This document shows positions 48,969 to 59,737 of a DNA stretch of 64,000 nt, in pieces. Numbering within the stretch: the first letter of the stretch is position 1; each line of letters starts with the position of its first letter. The notes under the pieces were generated by a model. It saw nothing but the letters and a program-made list of their open reading frames with translations, was not told the DNA's origin and ran no database searches. The position numbers and the translations under genes are program-made. The stretch is from an uncultured Actinomycetota bacterium (lineage in GTDB: Bacteria; Actinomycetota; Actinomycetes; Propionibacteriales; Nocardioidaceae): contig CAVPUI010000011.1 of NCBI GenBank assembly GCA_963708945.1, positions 87,281-151,280 of the forward strand. The letters run 5' to 3'.

Positions 48969-49787
48969 TCACTCCAGCGCCTGCTCGGCCAGCGCCTCCA
49001 CCGGGTCGAGCCTGGTCAGCTCCAGGGTCTGCAGGTCGACCATCACCGCCATGTCGTCGGGCACCGCGGTCCAGCCGGGCTCGTCGAGACCGCTGGAGAT
49101 GATGGTCAGGCCGTCCTCGTCGGTGCGGTAGTCCATCGCGAAGTACTCCGTCAGGTGCCGGGGCGGCACGTCGTCCTCGTGGTCGAAGAGGTTGCGCAGC
49201 CCCTCGCGCGGCGAGGTGGCCCGGCTGTTGACGTGGATCGCGACCATGTGGGTCGGGGTCAGCATCAGCGCGTTGAGGCTGCAGTCCGGGAAGTCCCGGA
49301 GCAGGTGGCCCAGCGCGTGCCGCACCCCGTTCTCCACGTCACCGTGCTCGTCGACGGACTGCTTGACGAACCGGAAGTACCGCTCGCTGTCGGTGTCCCC
49401 GACCAGCGCCTCGCGGGTCTCGGGCTTGAGCAGCGACTCGAGCTCGCTGATCGGCGAGACGTGCCCGTTGTGGGCGAACGCGTAGTCGCCCTCGACGAAC
49501 GGGTGGGTGTTCTCCGGGCGCACCGGGAGGCCGCCGGTGGCCCAGCGCAGGTGCACGAAGCCCGCGCGGCCCAGGGGCTTGCGGACCAGCTCGGCGTACT
49601 CCGGGTCGGTCGCCGCGGAGCCGGGGGAGGAGACCGAGTGGGTGCTGCCCTCCGGGTCCTGCCAGGCCATCCCCCAGCCGTCGGCGTGCACCGCCGTCAG
49701 AGCGGTGAAGCCCTCCAGGCCCTCCGGCCCCAGCAGCTCCTCCACCGAGGTCGGCGTACGTCGGACATAGCCCAGCAAGCGGCACAT
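48969..49787 (-). CDS. Class II glutamine amidotransferase (EgtC/YafJ-like)
   Basis: MCRLLG, HADGWG, HLRWAT, NTHPF, FAHNG, GDTDSE. Confidence 0.88.
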   Translation of the reverse strand: MCRLLGYVRRTPTSVEELLGPEGLEGFTALTAVHADGWGMAWQDPEGSTHSVSSPGSAATDPEYAELVRKPLGRAGFVHLRWATGGLPVRPENTHPFVEGDYAFAHNGHVSPISELESLLKPETREALVGDTDSERYFRFVKQSVDEHGDVENGVRHALGHLLRDFPDCSLNALMLTPTHMVAIHVNSRATSPREGLRNLFDHEDDVPPRHLTEYFAMDYRTDEDGLTIISSGLDEPGWTAVPDDMAVMVDLQTLELTRLDPVEALAEQALE

Positions 49788-49865
49788 CAGGGAGTTCCTC
49801 CTCAGGTCGGATGTTCCCCACCCCGTGCCCGATCAGAGGCAGGTCATGAATCCCCCGGACGAGAC

Positions 49866-49892
49866 GTTTCCCGCCGGGGTGTCACGGGGTAA
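49866..49892 (+). promoter_or_regulatory. SigB/SigF-type promoter
   Basis: GTTT-N17-GGGTAA, 8 nt before the ATG at 49901. Confidence 0.65.
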
Positions 49893-49900
49893 GAGGGGCC

Positions 49901-51019
49901 ATGCGAGCGATGGGTGTCGAGGAAGAGCTGCTGCTGGTCGACCCGACGACGGGAGCGCCGGCCCCGCGGGCGGCCCAGGTGCTGCGCGCCGCGGCCGTGC
50001 GCGAGGAGAACGATCCCGCGCCCGCCACCGAGGAGGGCGGGTCGCTGGGCCACGAGCTGCAGAAGAGCCAGGTCGAGACCGACACCCCGCCGGAGGCCAC
50101 GCTGGAGGGCCTCGAGTCGTCACTGCGCGCCTGGCGCGAGCGGACCCGCGCGAGCGCCCTGGAGGTCGGTGCCCGGGTGCTGGCCACCGGCACCTCGCCG
50201 CTGGAGGGCCGCACCGGCCACCTGCGCACTCCCCGGTTCGACGCGATGGCGGCACGCTACGGCCTGACCATGGCCGAGCAGCTGACCTGCGGGTGCCACG
50301 TGCACGTCGACGTGGAGGACGACGAGGAGGGCGTCGCGGTCCTGGACCGGATCCGGGTCTGGCTCCCGTCGCTGCTGGCCATCAGCGCCAACTCCCCGTG
50401 GGTCAACGGCGTCGACACGGCGTACGAGAGCTACCGCTCGCAGATGATGATCCGCTGGCCGAGCAGCGGCCCCACGCCGGTCTTCGGGTCGGTCAAGGCC
50501 TACCGGGCGCACGTGGACGCGATGCTCGCGACCGAGGTGCTGCTCGACGAGGGGATGGTCTACTCCGACGCCCGGGTCTCGGCGCAGCACCCGACGGTCG
50601 AGGTGCGGGCGGCCGACGTCTGCCTCGACGTGCGCGACACCGTGCTGGTGGCCGCGCTCAGCCGCGCGCTGGTGGAGACCGCGTCGCGGGAGTGGCGCGA
50701 GGGCCGGCCGGTGCCGACCGCGGAGGTGCCGGTGCTGCGGCTCGCGACCTGGCAGGCGGGTCGCTACGGCCTGACCGGCAACCTGGTCTGCCCGACCTCC
50801 TGCGTGCCGCGCTCGGCGCGCGAGGTGGTCGACGGGCTGCTCGAGCACGTGGACGACGCCCTGGGCACGTACGGCGACCGCGAGGCCGTGCACGCCGGCG
50901 TCGACCGGCTCTTCACCACCGGCACCGGGTCGGCCCGCCAGCGCGAGCTGCTGGCCGGCTCCGACCCGGCGGCGGTGGTCTCCCACCTGGCCCGGATCAC
51001 CTCGGGCGAGGAGGAGTAG
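49901..51019 (+). CDS. YbdK/GCS2-type glutamate--cysteine (carboxylate-amine) ligase
   Basis: MGVEEELLLVD, CGCHVHV, LAISANSP, YESYR, PTVEVRAAD. Confidence 0.9.
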   Translation: MRAMGVEEELLLVDPTTGAPAPRAAQVLRAAAVREENDPAPATEEGGSLGHELQKSQVETDTPPEATLEGLESSLRAWRERTRASALEVGARVLATGTSPLEGRTGHLRTPRFDAMAARYGLTMAEQLTCGCHVHVDVEDDEEGVAVLDRIRVWLPSLLAISANSPWVNGVDTAYESYRSQMMIRWPSSGPTPVFGSVKAYRAHVDAMLATEVLLDEGMVYSDARVSAQHPTVEVRAADVCLDVRDTVLVAALSRALVETASREWREGRPVPTAEVPVLRLATWQAGRYGLTGNLVCPTSCVPRSAREVVDGLLEHVDDALGTYGDREAVHAGVDRLFTTGTGSARQRELLAGSDPAAVVSHLARITSGEEE

Positions 51020-51024
51020 CCGGG

Positions 51025-51740
51025 TCAGCCCGTGCGTCGTCGGATGCCCTCGCGCTTGGCCTCGTCCATCGCGGCCTCGTAGGCCGAGACCAGGGAGGTG
51101 ACCGAGAGCGGCTTGAGCCGCTCGACGACCTCCTGCAGCCGCTCGGGGGTCATCCCGGACTCCTTGTACTTGGGCCAGACCATGGTGCGGAAGAGCTCGT
51201 AGAGCTCCTCGGCGATCTCCCGGCCGTGCCGGGCGTAGAGGTCGGTGGCCGCCTTCGCGGCCTCCACCGGGTAGCCGAGCTCGAGCAGGCCCAGGCCGAC
51301 GGAGAGCTGGGAGACCGCGACGGTGTAGCCGCCGTCCGCCGGCGCAGCACGATGTCGAGCTCCTGGAGGGTCGCCAGGTCGTCGGGGCCGAGCTCCCGGC
51401 CTGCCCGGCCCTCCAGCTCGGCGCGGGTCATCGGCACCGGGTGCTCGGCCATCCACGGGGCGAGCATGGTCCGGTGCAGGGCGACGTCCTCGGCCGAGGC
51501 GCTCTCGGGGATCGAGGCGACGTACCGCTCGATCGCGGAGAGCGTGAGCCCGTGGCTCTGCAGCTCCTGGACCAGCTCGAGCCGGGCGACGTGGTCGGCG
51601 GTGTAGAAGCCCGAGCGGCCCCGGCGGATCGGCGGCGGGACCAGGCCGCGGGAGGTGTAGAAGCGCACGTTGCGCACGCTCATCCCCACCCGCGCGGTGA
51701 GCTCCTCCAGGGTCAGCAGTCCCTCGGTACGGTCGGACAC
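51025..51740 (-). CDS. MerR family regulator (frameshift near 51335)
   Basis: LTLEELTARVGMSVRNVRFYTSRGLVPPP...HGLTLSAI. Confidence 0.9.
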
Positions 51741-51786
51741 CGGTCCATCCCCCTTCCTCCATCCTGCTCCGTGGCCTCGTGCGGAC

Positions 51787-51802
51787 TGTGGCCTGGATCA
51801 CA
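51787..51802. promoter_or_regulatory. CRP/GlxR-like site
   Basis: TGTGG-CCTGGA-TCACA. Confidence 0.5.
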
Positions 51803-51827
51803 CGTGACCCAGACTCCCGACGATCCC

Positions 51828-51858
51828 TTGACGATTGTGACAGTAAGAGTGTCACAAT
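51828..51858 (+). promoter_or_regulatory. MerR-type promoter: TTGACG-19 bp-CACAAT with internal palindrome
   Basis: ATTGTGACA-N7-TGTCACAAT spans a 19-bp spacer and the -10. Confidence 0.75.
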
Positions 51859-51930
51859 CATCGGACACCCAGCCACCGGCGGCACGCCCCGCGTCTCGCC
51901 AGGGCACCACAGGCACGAGCAAGGACGGTC

Positions 51931-53142
51931 ATGGCAGAAGCATTCGTGTACGACCACATCCGCACCCCGCGCGGCAAGGGCAAGGCCAACGGCACGCTGC
52001 ACGAGGTCAAGCCCATCGACCTCGCCGTCGGCCTGCTCGACGCGGTGCGCGAGCGCAACCCCGGCCTCGACCCGGCGCGCGTCGACGACGTCGTGCTCGG
52101 CGTCGTCTCCCCGATCGGCGAGCAGGGCGCCGACATCGCCAAGACCGCGGCGCTCGCCGCCGGCTACCCCGACACCGTCGCGGGCGTGCAGCTCAACCGG
52201 TTCTGCGCCTCCGGGCTGGAGGCGGTCAACCAGGCGGCCTCGCGGGTCCGCGGCGGCTTCGAGGACCTGATCCTGGCCGGTGGCGTGGAGTCGATGAGCC
52301 GGGTGCCGATGGGCTCCGACGGCGGCGCCTGGGCGCAGGACCCGGCGACCGCGCTCAAGACCGGCTTCGTGCCCCAGGGCATCGGCGCCGACCTGATCGC
52401 CACCGTCGAGGGCTGGAACCGCGAGGACGTCGACACCTACGCCGCGCAGTCGCACGCGCGGGCCGCCAAGGCGTGGGCCAACGGCTACTTCGACGGCGCC
52501 GTGGTGCCGGTGCGCGACCTCAACGGCCTGGTCGTGCTCGACCGCGACGAGACCATCCGTCCCGACACCACCGCGGAGAGCCTCGCCGGCCTGCGGCCCT
52601 CGTTCGCCCAGATCGGCGCCGACGCCGGCTTCGACGAGGTCGCGCTGGAGAAGTACCACTGGCTCGAGCGGATCAACCACGTGCACCACGCGGGCAACTC
52701 CTCGGGCATCGTCGACGGCGCCGCGCTGATGGCGATCGGCTCCGAGCAGGTGGGCACCGACCTCGGCCTCACCCCGCGGGCCCGGATCATCTCCACCGCC
52801 GTCTCCGGCGCCGACCCGGTGATCATGCTGACCGGACCGGCGCCCGCCGCCCGCAAGGCGCTGGCCAAGGCCGGCCTCGAGGTCGGCGACATCGACCTCT
52901 TCGAGATCAACGAGGCGTTCGCCGCCGTCGCCATGCGCTTCATGCGCGACATGGGCATCGGCGACGACATCACCAACGTCAACGGCGGGGCCATCGCGAT
53001 GGGCCACCCGCTGGGCGCCACCGGCGCGATGATCCTGGGCACCCTGATCGACGAGCTGGAGCGCCGCGGCCAGCGCCGCGGCCTCGCCACGCTCTGCGTC
53101 GGCGGCGGCATGGGCATCGCCACCATCGTCGAGCTGGTCTGA
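51931..53142 (+). CDS. fadA: Acetyl-CoA C-acyltransferase (thiolase)
   Basis: [28 protein letters not shown]. Confidence 0.93.
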   Translation: MAEAFVYDHIRTPRGKGKANGTLHEVKPIDLAVGLLDAVRERNPGLDPARVDDVVLGVVSPIGEQGADIAKTAALAAGYPDTVAGVQLNRFCASGLEAVNQAASRVRGGFEDLILAGGVESMSRVPMGSDGGAWAQDPATALKTGFVPQGIGADLIATVEGWNREDVDTYAAQSHARAAKAWANGYFDGAVVPVRDLNGLVVLDRDETIRPDTTAESLAGLRPSFAQIGADAGFDEVALEKYHWLERINHVHHAGNSSGIVDGAALMAIGSEQVGTDLGLTPRARIISTAVSGADPVIMLTGPAPAARKALAKAGLEVGDIDLFEINEAFAAVAMRFMRDMGIGDDITNVNGGAIAMGHPLGATGAMILGTLIDELERRGQRRGLATLCVGGGMGIATIVELV

Positions 53143-53156
53143 CCCCTCCCTCCCCG

Positions 53157-53195
53157 GTGGTCGAGGAGGTCGCGCAGCGACCGGCTCGAGACCAC
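53157..53195. repeat. REP-like palindromic element between fadA and fadB
   Basis: GTGGTCGAG-GAGGTCGC-GCA-GCGACC-GG-CTCGAGACCAC nested hairpin. Confidence 0.55.
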
Positions 53196-53215
53196 GCGAA
53201 CCGAAAGGCTTTCCG

Positions 53216-55444
53216 TTGAGCACGACCCAGAACACCGAGCAGACCGCGGTCCGCTACGACAAGGACGCCGACGGCGTCGTCACCCTGACGATGGACGACC
53301 CGACGTCCAGCGCGAACACGATGAACGAGATCTACCAGCGCTCGATGGAGGCGGCGGTCGAGCCGTCTGCACGACGAGGTCGCCGCCGACCCGCAGAGCG
53401 TCACCGGCGTGATCGTCACCAGCGCCAAGAAGACCTTCTTCGCCGGCGGCAACCTCAAGATGATGTCGCAGGCCACGAAGGCCGACGCCCCCCGGCTCTT
53501 CGAGGAGGTGGAGGCGATGAAGGCCACCCTGCGCCGCCTCGAGACCTTCCCGCGTCCGGTCGTCGCCGCGATCAACGGCGCCGCCCTGGGCGGCGGCCTG
53601 GAGATCGCCCTGGCCACCAACCACCGCATCGCCGTCGACGACAGCAGGATCAAGATCGGCCTGCCCGAGGCGACCCTGGGCCTGCTGCCCGGCGGCGGCG
53701 GGGTCACCCGCACCGTGCGGATGTTCGGCCTGCAGACCGCGCTGATGGACGTGCTGCTCCAGGGCACCCAGTTCAACCCGGCCGCGCGCCAAGGACAAGG
53801 GCCTGGTCGACGAGCTGGTCGCGAGCCAGGACGAGCTGCTCCCGGCGGCCCGCGCCTGGCTCAAGAGCGTCAAGGGCGAGGAGTCCGCCGCGGCGCAGCC
53901 GTGGGACCGCCCCGGCTACAAGATGCCCGGCGGCAACCCCAAGTCGCCCGGCGATGGCGGCGTTCCTGCCCGCCTTCCCGGCGCTGCTGCGCAAGCAGCT
54001 CAAGGGTGCCGACTACCCGGCGCAGAAGGCGATCCTCTCGGCCGCGGTCGAGGGTGCGACCACCGACTTCGACACCGCCTCGCGGATCGAGTCGCGCTAC
54101 ATCACCAGCCTGATCACCGGCCAGGGCTCGAAGAACATGATCCAGGCGTTCTTCTTCGACCTGCAGGCGATCAACTCCGGGTCGCTGCGCCCGCAGGGCA
54201 TCGAGCGGTTCAAGGCCACCAAGGTCGGCGTCCTGGGCGCCGGGATGATGGGCGCCGGCATCGCCTACGTCTGCGCCCGCGCCGGGCATGCAGGTCGTGC
54301 TCAAGGACGTCGAGGTGGCGAACGCCGAGAAGGGCAAGGCGTACACCGAGAAGCTCAACGCCAAGGCGGTCTCGCGCGGCAAGCTCACCCAGGAGAAGTC
54401 CGACGAGCTGCTCGGCCGGATCACCGCGACCGCGGACCCCGCCGACCTCGCCGGGTGCGACCTGGTGATCGAGGCGGTCTTCGAGGACCCCTCGCTCAAG
54501 GCGAAGGTCTTCGCCGAGGTGGCGCCGTACGTCAACCCGGACGCGCTGCTGTGCTCCAACACCTCCACCCTGCCGATCACCGAGCTCGCCGAGGGCGTCG
54601 ACCGGCCGGCCGACTTCATCGGCCTGCACTTCTTCTCCCCGGTCGACAAGATGCCGCTGGTGGAGATCATCCGCGGCCGGGAGACCTCGGACGCGACGCT
54701 GGCCAAGGCGTACGACGTGGTGCAGCAGATCCGCAAGACCCCGATCGTGGTCAACGACAGCCGCGGCTTCTACACCTCGCGGGTGATCGGCACCCAGATC
54801 AACGAGGGCCTGCGCGATGCTCGGCGAGGGCGTCCACCCGATGTCGCTGGAGCGCGCCGCCACCCAGGCCGGCTTCCCGGTCGGCCCGCTGCAGATCAGC
54901 GACGAGCTCAACCTCGAGCTGATGCGCAAGATCCGGATCGCCAACGAGGCCGCGTGGAAGGCGCGAGGGCAAGGACGTCGCTGCCGACCCGTCGACCCAG
55001 GTCGTGGAGAAGATGCTCGAGCTGGGCCGCCCCTCGCGGCTCAAGGGCGCCGGCTTCTACGAGTACGCCGAGCGGCAAGCGCGCCGGCCTGTGGTCCGGC
55101 CTGGCCGAGACCTTCCCGCCCGCCGAGGAGCAGATCCCGTTCCGCGACGTGCAAGGACCGGATGCTCTTCGTCGAGGCGCTCGAGACCGCCAAGTGCTTC
55201 GAGGAGGGCGTGATCACCTCCGCGGCCGCCGCCAACATCGGCTCGATCATGGGCATCGGCTTCCCGGCCCGCACCGGTGGCGCGGCGCAGTTCATGACCG
55301 GCTACGAGGGTGCCGACGGCACCGGTCGGCCTGACGGCCTTCGTGGCTCGCGCCGACGAGCTGGCCGCGGCGTACGGCGAGCGCTTCGCGCCCACCGCGC
55401 GGCTGCGGGAGATGGCGGAGAAGGGCGAGTCCTTCCCCGCCTGA
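53216..55444 (+). CDS. fadB: Fatty-acid oxidation multifunctional enoyl-CoA hydratase/3-hydroxyacyl-CoA dehydrogenase (several frameshifts)
   Basis: [44 protein letters not shown]. Confidence 0.92.
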
Positions 55445-55460
55445 CCCTCGCCGCCCCGCC

Positions 55461-55536
55461 GCATGTAACGCGCTGTTCCGACGTCCACCGCTGCGAAATC
55501 ACAAGCAGGTAGACGACGTAACGGCGCGTTACATGC
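55461..55536. repeat. 76-nt long hairpin (terminator or REP-like) after fadB
   Basis: GCATGTAACGCGCTGTT ... AACGGCGCGTTACATGC (17 bp, one wobble) plus an inner stem. Confidence 0.65.
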
Positions 55537-55637
55537 GCGCTCGGGGGACTAGCAGGGCTGCGCCGGACCCCACGAGAGCGGGGCGGATGTGGGAGAAACG
55601 GCGCATGGCGAGGCGTGCGGGCGACGAGAATCGGCGG

Positions 55638-56365
55638 GTGACCCAGAGCCCAGCCGGCCGCCCGCCCGCCGTCGACGTCGCCGACCTGCACGTGCGCTTC
55701 GGCGAGGTCGAGGCGGTCGCCGGCGTCTCGCTCACGGCGTACGCCGGGGAGTCGACCGCCCTGCTCGGCCGCAACGGCGCCGGCAAGTCCACCACCATGC
55801 GGGTGCTCGCCGGGGTGGTGCCGCCGACCGCCGGGCGGGTCACGGTCGCCGGCCACGACGTCGCCCGGGACGCGCTGGCGGTCAAGCGGGCCGTGGGCTA
55901 CTGCCCGGACGTCGGCGGGCTGGTGCCGCGCGCGACCCCGTGGGAGCACCTCCAGCTGGCCGCCCGGCTGCGCCGGATGCCCGAGCTGGGAGCCGCGGGC
56001 CCGCGACCTGCTGGAGCGGTTCGAGCTCGGCGACGTCGCGCACCGCGTGACCGCCGGCTTCAGCCACGGCATGGGCCGCCGGCTCTCGGTGATCCTCGCC
56101 GCCTTCCACGAGCCCGAGGTGCTGCTGCTCGACGAGCCCTTCGACGGGGTCGACCCGATCGGCGTGGAGGCGACCTTCGAGGTGGTCGCCGACGCCCGCG
56201 CCCGCGGGGCCAGCGTGCTGCTCTCCACCCACCTGCGCGAGCTGGCGATCGAGGTCTGCACCTCGGCGCTGGTGCTGCGCGGCGGGCGAGCGGGTCGCGA
56301 CCCTGGACGCCGACGAGCTGGCCGGGGAGGTCGGCGCCGATGCCTACCGCGCTCTCCTCGACTGA
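55638..56365 (+). CDS. ABC transporter ATP-binding protein (frameshifted)
   Basis: GRNGAGKS, FSHGM, LLLDEPFDG, LSTH. Confidence 0.85.
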
Positions 56366-57917
56366 GTCGCCCGTGCCCGCCCGCCGCGCCGGCGCCTGGC
56401 AGGAGCACGTCGTCGCGCCCGGTGGTCGACACCGGTCACCTGCTCGCGTTCCGCGCCGGCTCCGTGCGCCGGCCGCGGGTGCTGCGCCTGGGCTGGGGCG
56501 TGCTCGGGGCGGTCACCCTCGCCGTGGTCCTGGTGCCCGCCCTGGTCGCCGAGCGCGGCGCCGACCCGGCGCGCGTCCTCGACGTGCTGATCCTGCTGCC
56601 CACGTTCATGGTCGGCTTCCTGACACTCGCGGTGGTCTCGTCGGTGGCCTCCGGCGGCGGCCGCGAGCTGCTCGCCGGCGAGCAGGCGGTCGCCTTCCCG
56701 GTCAGCCCCACCACCGACCACCTCGGCGCGCTGCTGATGGCGCCGCTCAACATCGCCTGGCTGCTGCAGGCCTGGTTCCTGCTGGGCGCGGCCTCCTGGG
56801 CCACCGGCCTGGACCGCGCCCTGGTGCCGTTGCAGGTGGTGCTGCTGCTCTGGCTGGTGCTGGCCACCGCCGTCGGCGCAGGCGGTCGGCTGGACGCTGG
56901 AGTCCGTACGCCGTCGGCGGCACGGGATCGCGGCGCTCCGCGTCCTCGGGCTGGCGGTCGCCGGGGTGCGCCGTCTGGGTGCAGCTGACCGGACGCTGGG
57001 GTGCGGTGCTGGACGAGGCACCGACGCTGCACCTGGTCACCTCGGCGCTGGGCGGCTTCACCCTCGGCTGGGCCGGCTCGGTCCTGCTGGAGACGGCCGC
57101 GATCGTGGCGGTGGTGGCGCTGGGTGCGTGGCCGGCGCACGCCGCGGCCCGCCGGCTCGCCGCGCGACGAGCAGCGCTTCGAGTCGCTGAGCTACCCCGG
57201 CCGGGCGACCCCGCGCCTCCGACCTCGCCATGCTGGTGCGGATCGACCGGGCCTCGGTCTGGCGCACGGTGCCGATGCGGCGCGGACTCGCGGTGCTCGC
57301 CGTCGGTCCCGGCCTGGTGGCCCTGGCCGGCGACCTGTCCTGGGACAGGTGACGGTCCTGCCCGGCCTGGTGGTCAGCGGCGGGGTGCTGCTGTTCGGCG
57401 TCAACGCGTGGTGCGCTGGACGGCCGCGGCGGCCTGTGGCGCGAGAGCCTGCCGGTCGACCCGGCGGTGGTCTTCCGGGCCCGCACCGCGGTGCTGGCCG
57501 AGTGGCTGCTCTCCGCCGCCCTGGTCACCGTCGTGCTGGCCTCGCTGCGCGCCGGGCGTGCCGAGCGCCGACGGAGGCTGGCGGCGCTGCTCTGCTGCCT
57601 GGTCGTGGTCACCGCCCAGGTGGTCTCGGCCGCGATGCGCTGGTCGTTGCGCCGGCCGTTCGCCGTCGACCTGCGCTCGGCCCGGGCCACCCCGGCCCCG
57701 CCGGTGGTGATGGTCGGCTACTCCGCCCAGCTCGCGATCAGCACCACCCTGACCAGCGATGGTCTTCTCGGCCCTCTCCTGGACCGCCCCGTGGTGGGTG
57801 TCGGTGCTGGTGGCGGTGCCGTTCGTCGGCTGGTCCGCGGTGCGCTGGAGGCGGGCCGCACGCCGGTGGCTGGACCCCGCGGACCGTGCGCTCGTGGTCA
57901 CCACCGTCGCAGCCTGA
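56340..57917 (+). CDS. Multi-pass membrane protein, probable ABC permease (frameshifted)
   Basis: Hydrophobic segments across ORFs 56047..56988 and 57467..57943; overlaps the ATPase gene. Confidence 0.65.
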
Positions 57918-57939
57918 GTCGACGACTTACGATCTGCGC

Positions 57940-58866
57940 ATGACCCGTCCTCCCCTCAGCGTCTCCCGCGCCACCGGGCTCCGTCCCCGCGGCCGTCGCC
58001 TCGCCGCCGTCGCGGCCGCTCCGCTGCTCCTCGTCGGCGCCGCCTGCGCGCCCACCGACGACGCGGACGACACCGCCACCGACTCCAGCCCGGAGTCCTC
58101 GGCCGCCGTCGACCCGGCCGAGTGCGCCGCGGACGCCGTGCGCACCGAGGGCACGCTGACCATCGCCACCGACTCCCCGGCGTACGAGCCGTGGTTCACC
58201 GACAACGACCCCGGCACGGGTGACGGGTTCGAGTCGGCGATCGCCTACGAGGTCGCGGACCGCCTGGGCTTCGCCGTGGACGAGGTCACGTGGGTGACGG
58301 TGCCGTTCAACACCTCCTACAAGCCGGGGCCCAAGGAGTTCGACTTCGACATCAACCAGATCTCGATCACCCCCGAGCGTGCCGAGCGTGTCGACTTCTC
58401 CCGCGGCTACTACTCCGCCGCCCAGGCCGTGATCGCCCTGGACGACAGCCCGGCGGCCGACGCCACCTCGGTGGCGGACCTGGCCGACCTGCGGCTGGGC
58501 GCCCAGACCGGCACCACGTCGCTGACCGCGATCCGCGACGTGGTCAAGCCCGACGCCGAGGTCTCGGTCTTCGAGGACACCAACGCCGCCAAGCAGGCGC
58601 TGATGAACGACCAGGTCGACGCGATCCTGGCCGACCTGCCGACCGCCTTCTACATCACCGCGGCCGAGATCCCGGAAGGCACGATCATCGGCCAGTTCCA
58701 GCCGGAGACCGGCGACCAGGAGGAGTTCGGCCTGCTGCTGGAGAAGGACAGCCCGATGACCGCCTGCGTCGACGCCGCCCTGGAGCAGATGGACGAGGAC
58801 GGGACCCTGGCCTCGCTCGAGGAGGAGTGGCTCTCGGAGACCGTCGGAGTGCCCGAGCTGAAGTGA
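57940..58866 (+). CDS. Amino acid ABC transporter substrate-binding lipoprotein
   Basis: Lipobox GAAC; GTLTIATD, FDFDINQISITPERAERVDFS, GAQTGTT. Confidence 0.9.
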   Translation: MTRPPLSVSRATGLRPRGRRLAAVAAAPLLLVGAACAPTDDADDTATDSSPESSAAVDPAECAADAVRTEGTLTIATDSPAYEPWFTDNDPGTGDGFESAIAYEVADRLGFAVDEVTWVTVPFNTSYKPGPKEFDFDINQISITPERAERVDFSRGYYSAAQAVIALDDSPAADATSVADLADLRLGAQTGTTSLTAIRDVVKPDAEVSVFEDTNAAKQALMNDQVDAILADLPTAFYITAAEIPEGTIIGQFQPETGDQEEFGLLLEKDSPMTACVDAALEQMDEDGTLASLEEEWLSETVGVPELK

Positions 58867-58876
58867 TCGGGCGTCG

Positions 58877-59737
58877 GTGAGCCTTCCCGAGGCGGCCTGG
58901 CAACCGAGCGAGCGTGAGCTCGAGCGGCGCCGGGTCCGCCGCTCCCTGCACCGCCGCTCGCTGGCGATCGCGGTCGTGGCGACCGTGGTGGTCTTCGGCG
59001 CGATGGCGATCGGTGTCGTCACCTCGCCCGGCTGGGCGACGGTCCAGGAGTACTTCTTCGACCCCGAGGCCGCCCGGGAGTCGTTCCCGGCGATCTGGGC
59101 CGGCTTCTGGCTCAACGTGAAGATGTTCCTGATCGCCGAGCCGCTGATCCTGGTGCTCGGCCTGGGGCTGGCCCTGGCGCGCCAGGCCCGGGTGCCGTGG
59201 CTGACCCCGCTGCGGCTGCTGGCGACCCTCTACACCGACCTGTTCCGCGGGATCCCGACGATCCTGCTGGTGGTGCTGCTCGCCTTCGGGATGCCCGCGC
59301 TCCAGCTGCAGGGCGTCACCAACGACCGGTTCTTCTGGGCGCTGGTCGCGCTGGTGCTCTCCTACGGCGCCTACGTGGGGGAGGTCTTCCGGGCCGGGAT
59401 CGAGTCGGTGCACCCCTCCCAGCTGGCGAGCGCGGAGACGCTGGGGCTGACCCGGTTCCAGACCATGCGGTACGTCGTGGTGCCCCAGGCGGTGCGCCGC
59501 GTCGTCCCGCCGCTGCTCAACGACTTCGTCTCGCTGCAGAAGGACACCGCACTGGTCTCCACGGTCGGCATCTTCGACGCCGTCTTCGCCGCCCGCGACT
59601 ACGGCAACTACAACTTCAACGACACCCCGCTGGTGGTGGTGGCGCTCTTCTTCGTCGCGATCACCATCCCGCTGGCGCGGCTGACCGACTACCTGGCGAA
59701 GCGGACCGCGGCCCGGGAGAGGGCGGGTGCCCGATGA
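58877..59737 (+). CDS. Amino acid ABC transporter permease
   Basis: YTDLFRGIP, AYVGEVFRAG, VVPQAVR, LQKDTAL. Confidence 0.92.
   Translation: MSLPEAAWQPSERELERRRVRRSLHRRSLAIAVVATVVVFGAMAIGVVTSPGWATVQEYFFDPEAARESFPAIWAGFWLNVKMFLIAEPLILVLGLGLALARQARVPWLTPLRLLATLYTDLFRGIPTILLVVLLAFGMPALQLQGVTNDRFFWALVALVLSYGAYVGEVFRAGIESVHPSQLASAETLGLTRFQTMRYVVVPQAVRRVVPPLLNDFVSLQKDTALVSTVGIFDAVFAARDYGNYNFNDTPLVVVALFFVAITIPLARLTDYLAKRTAARERAGAR

Noticed and set aside
48954-48981. 13-bp direct repeat TCACTCCAGCGCC duplicating the 3' end of the amidotransferase gene
   Set aside because: The copies are only 2 nt apart with nothing between them; a local duplication, not evidence of an att site or target-site duplication.
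53216-55444. Programmed frameshifting or pseudogenisation of fadB and other genes
   Set aside because: Multiple scattered indels with intact catalytic motifs and no slippery-site pattern; sequencing error is more parsimonious.
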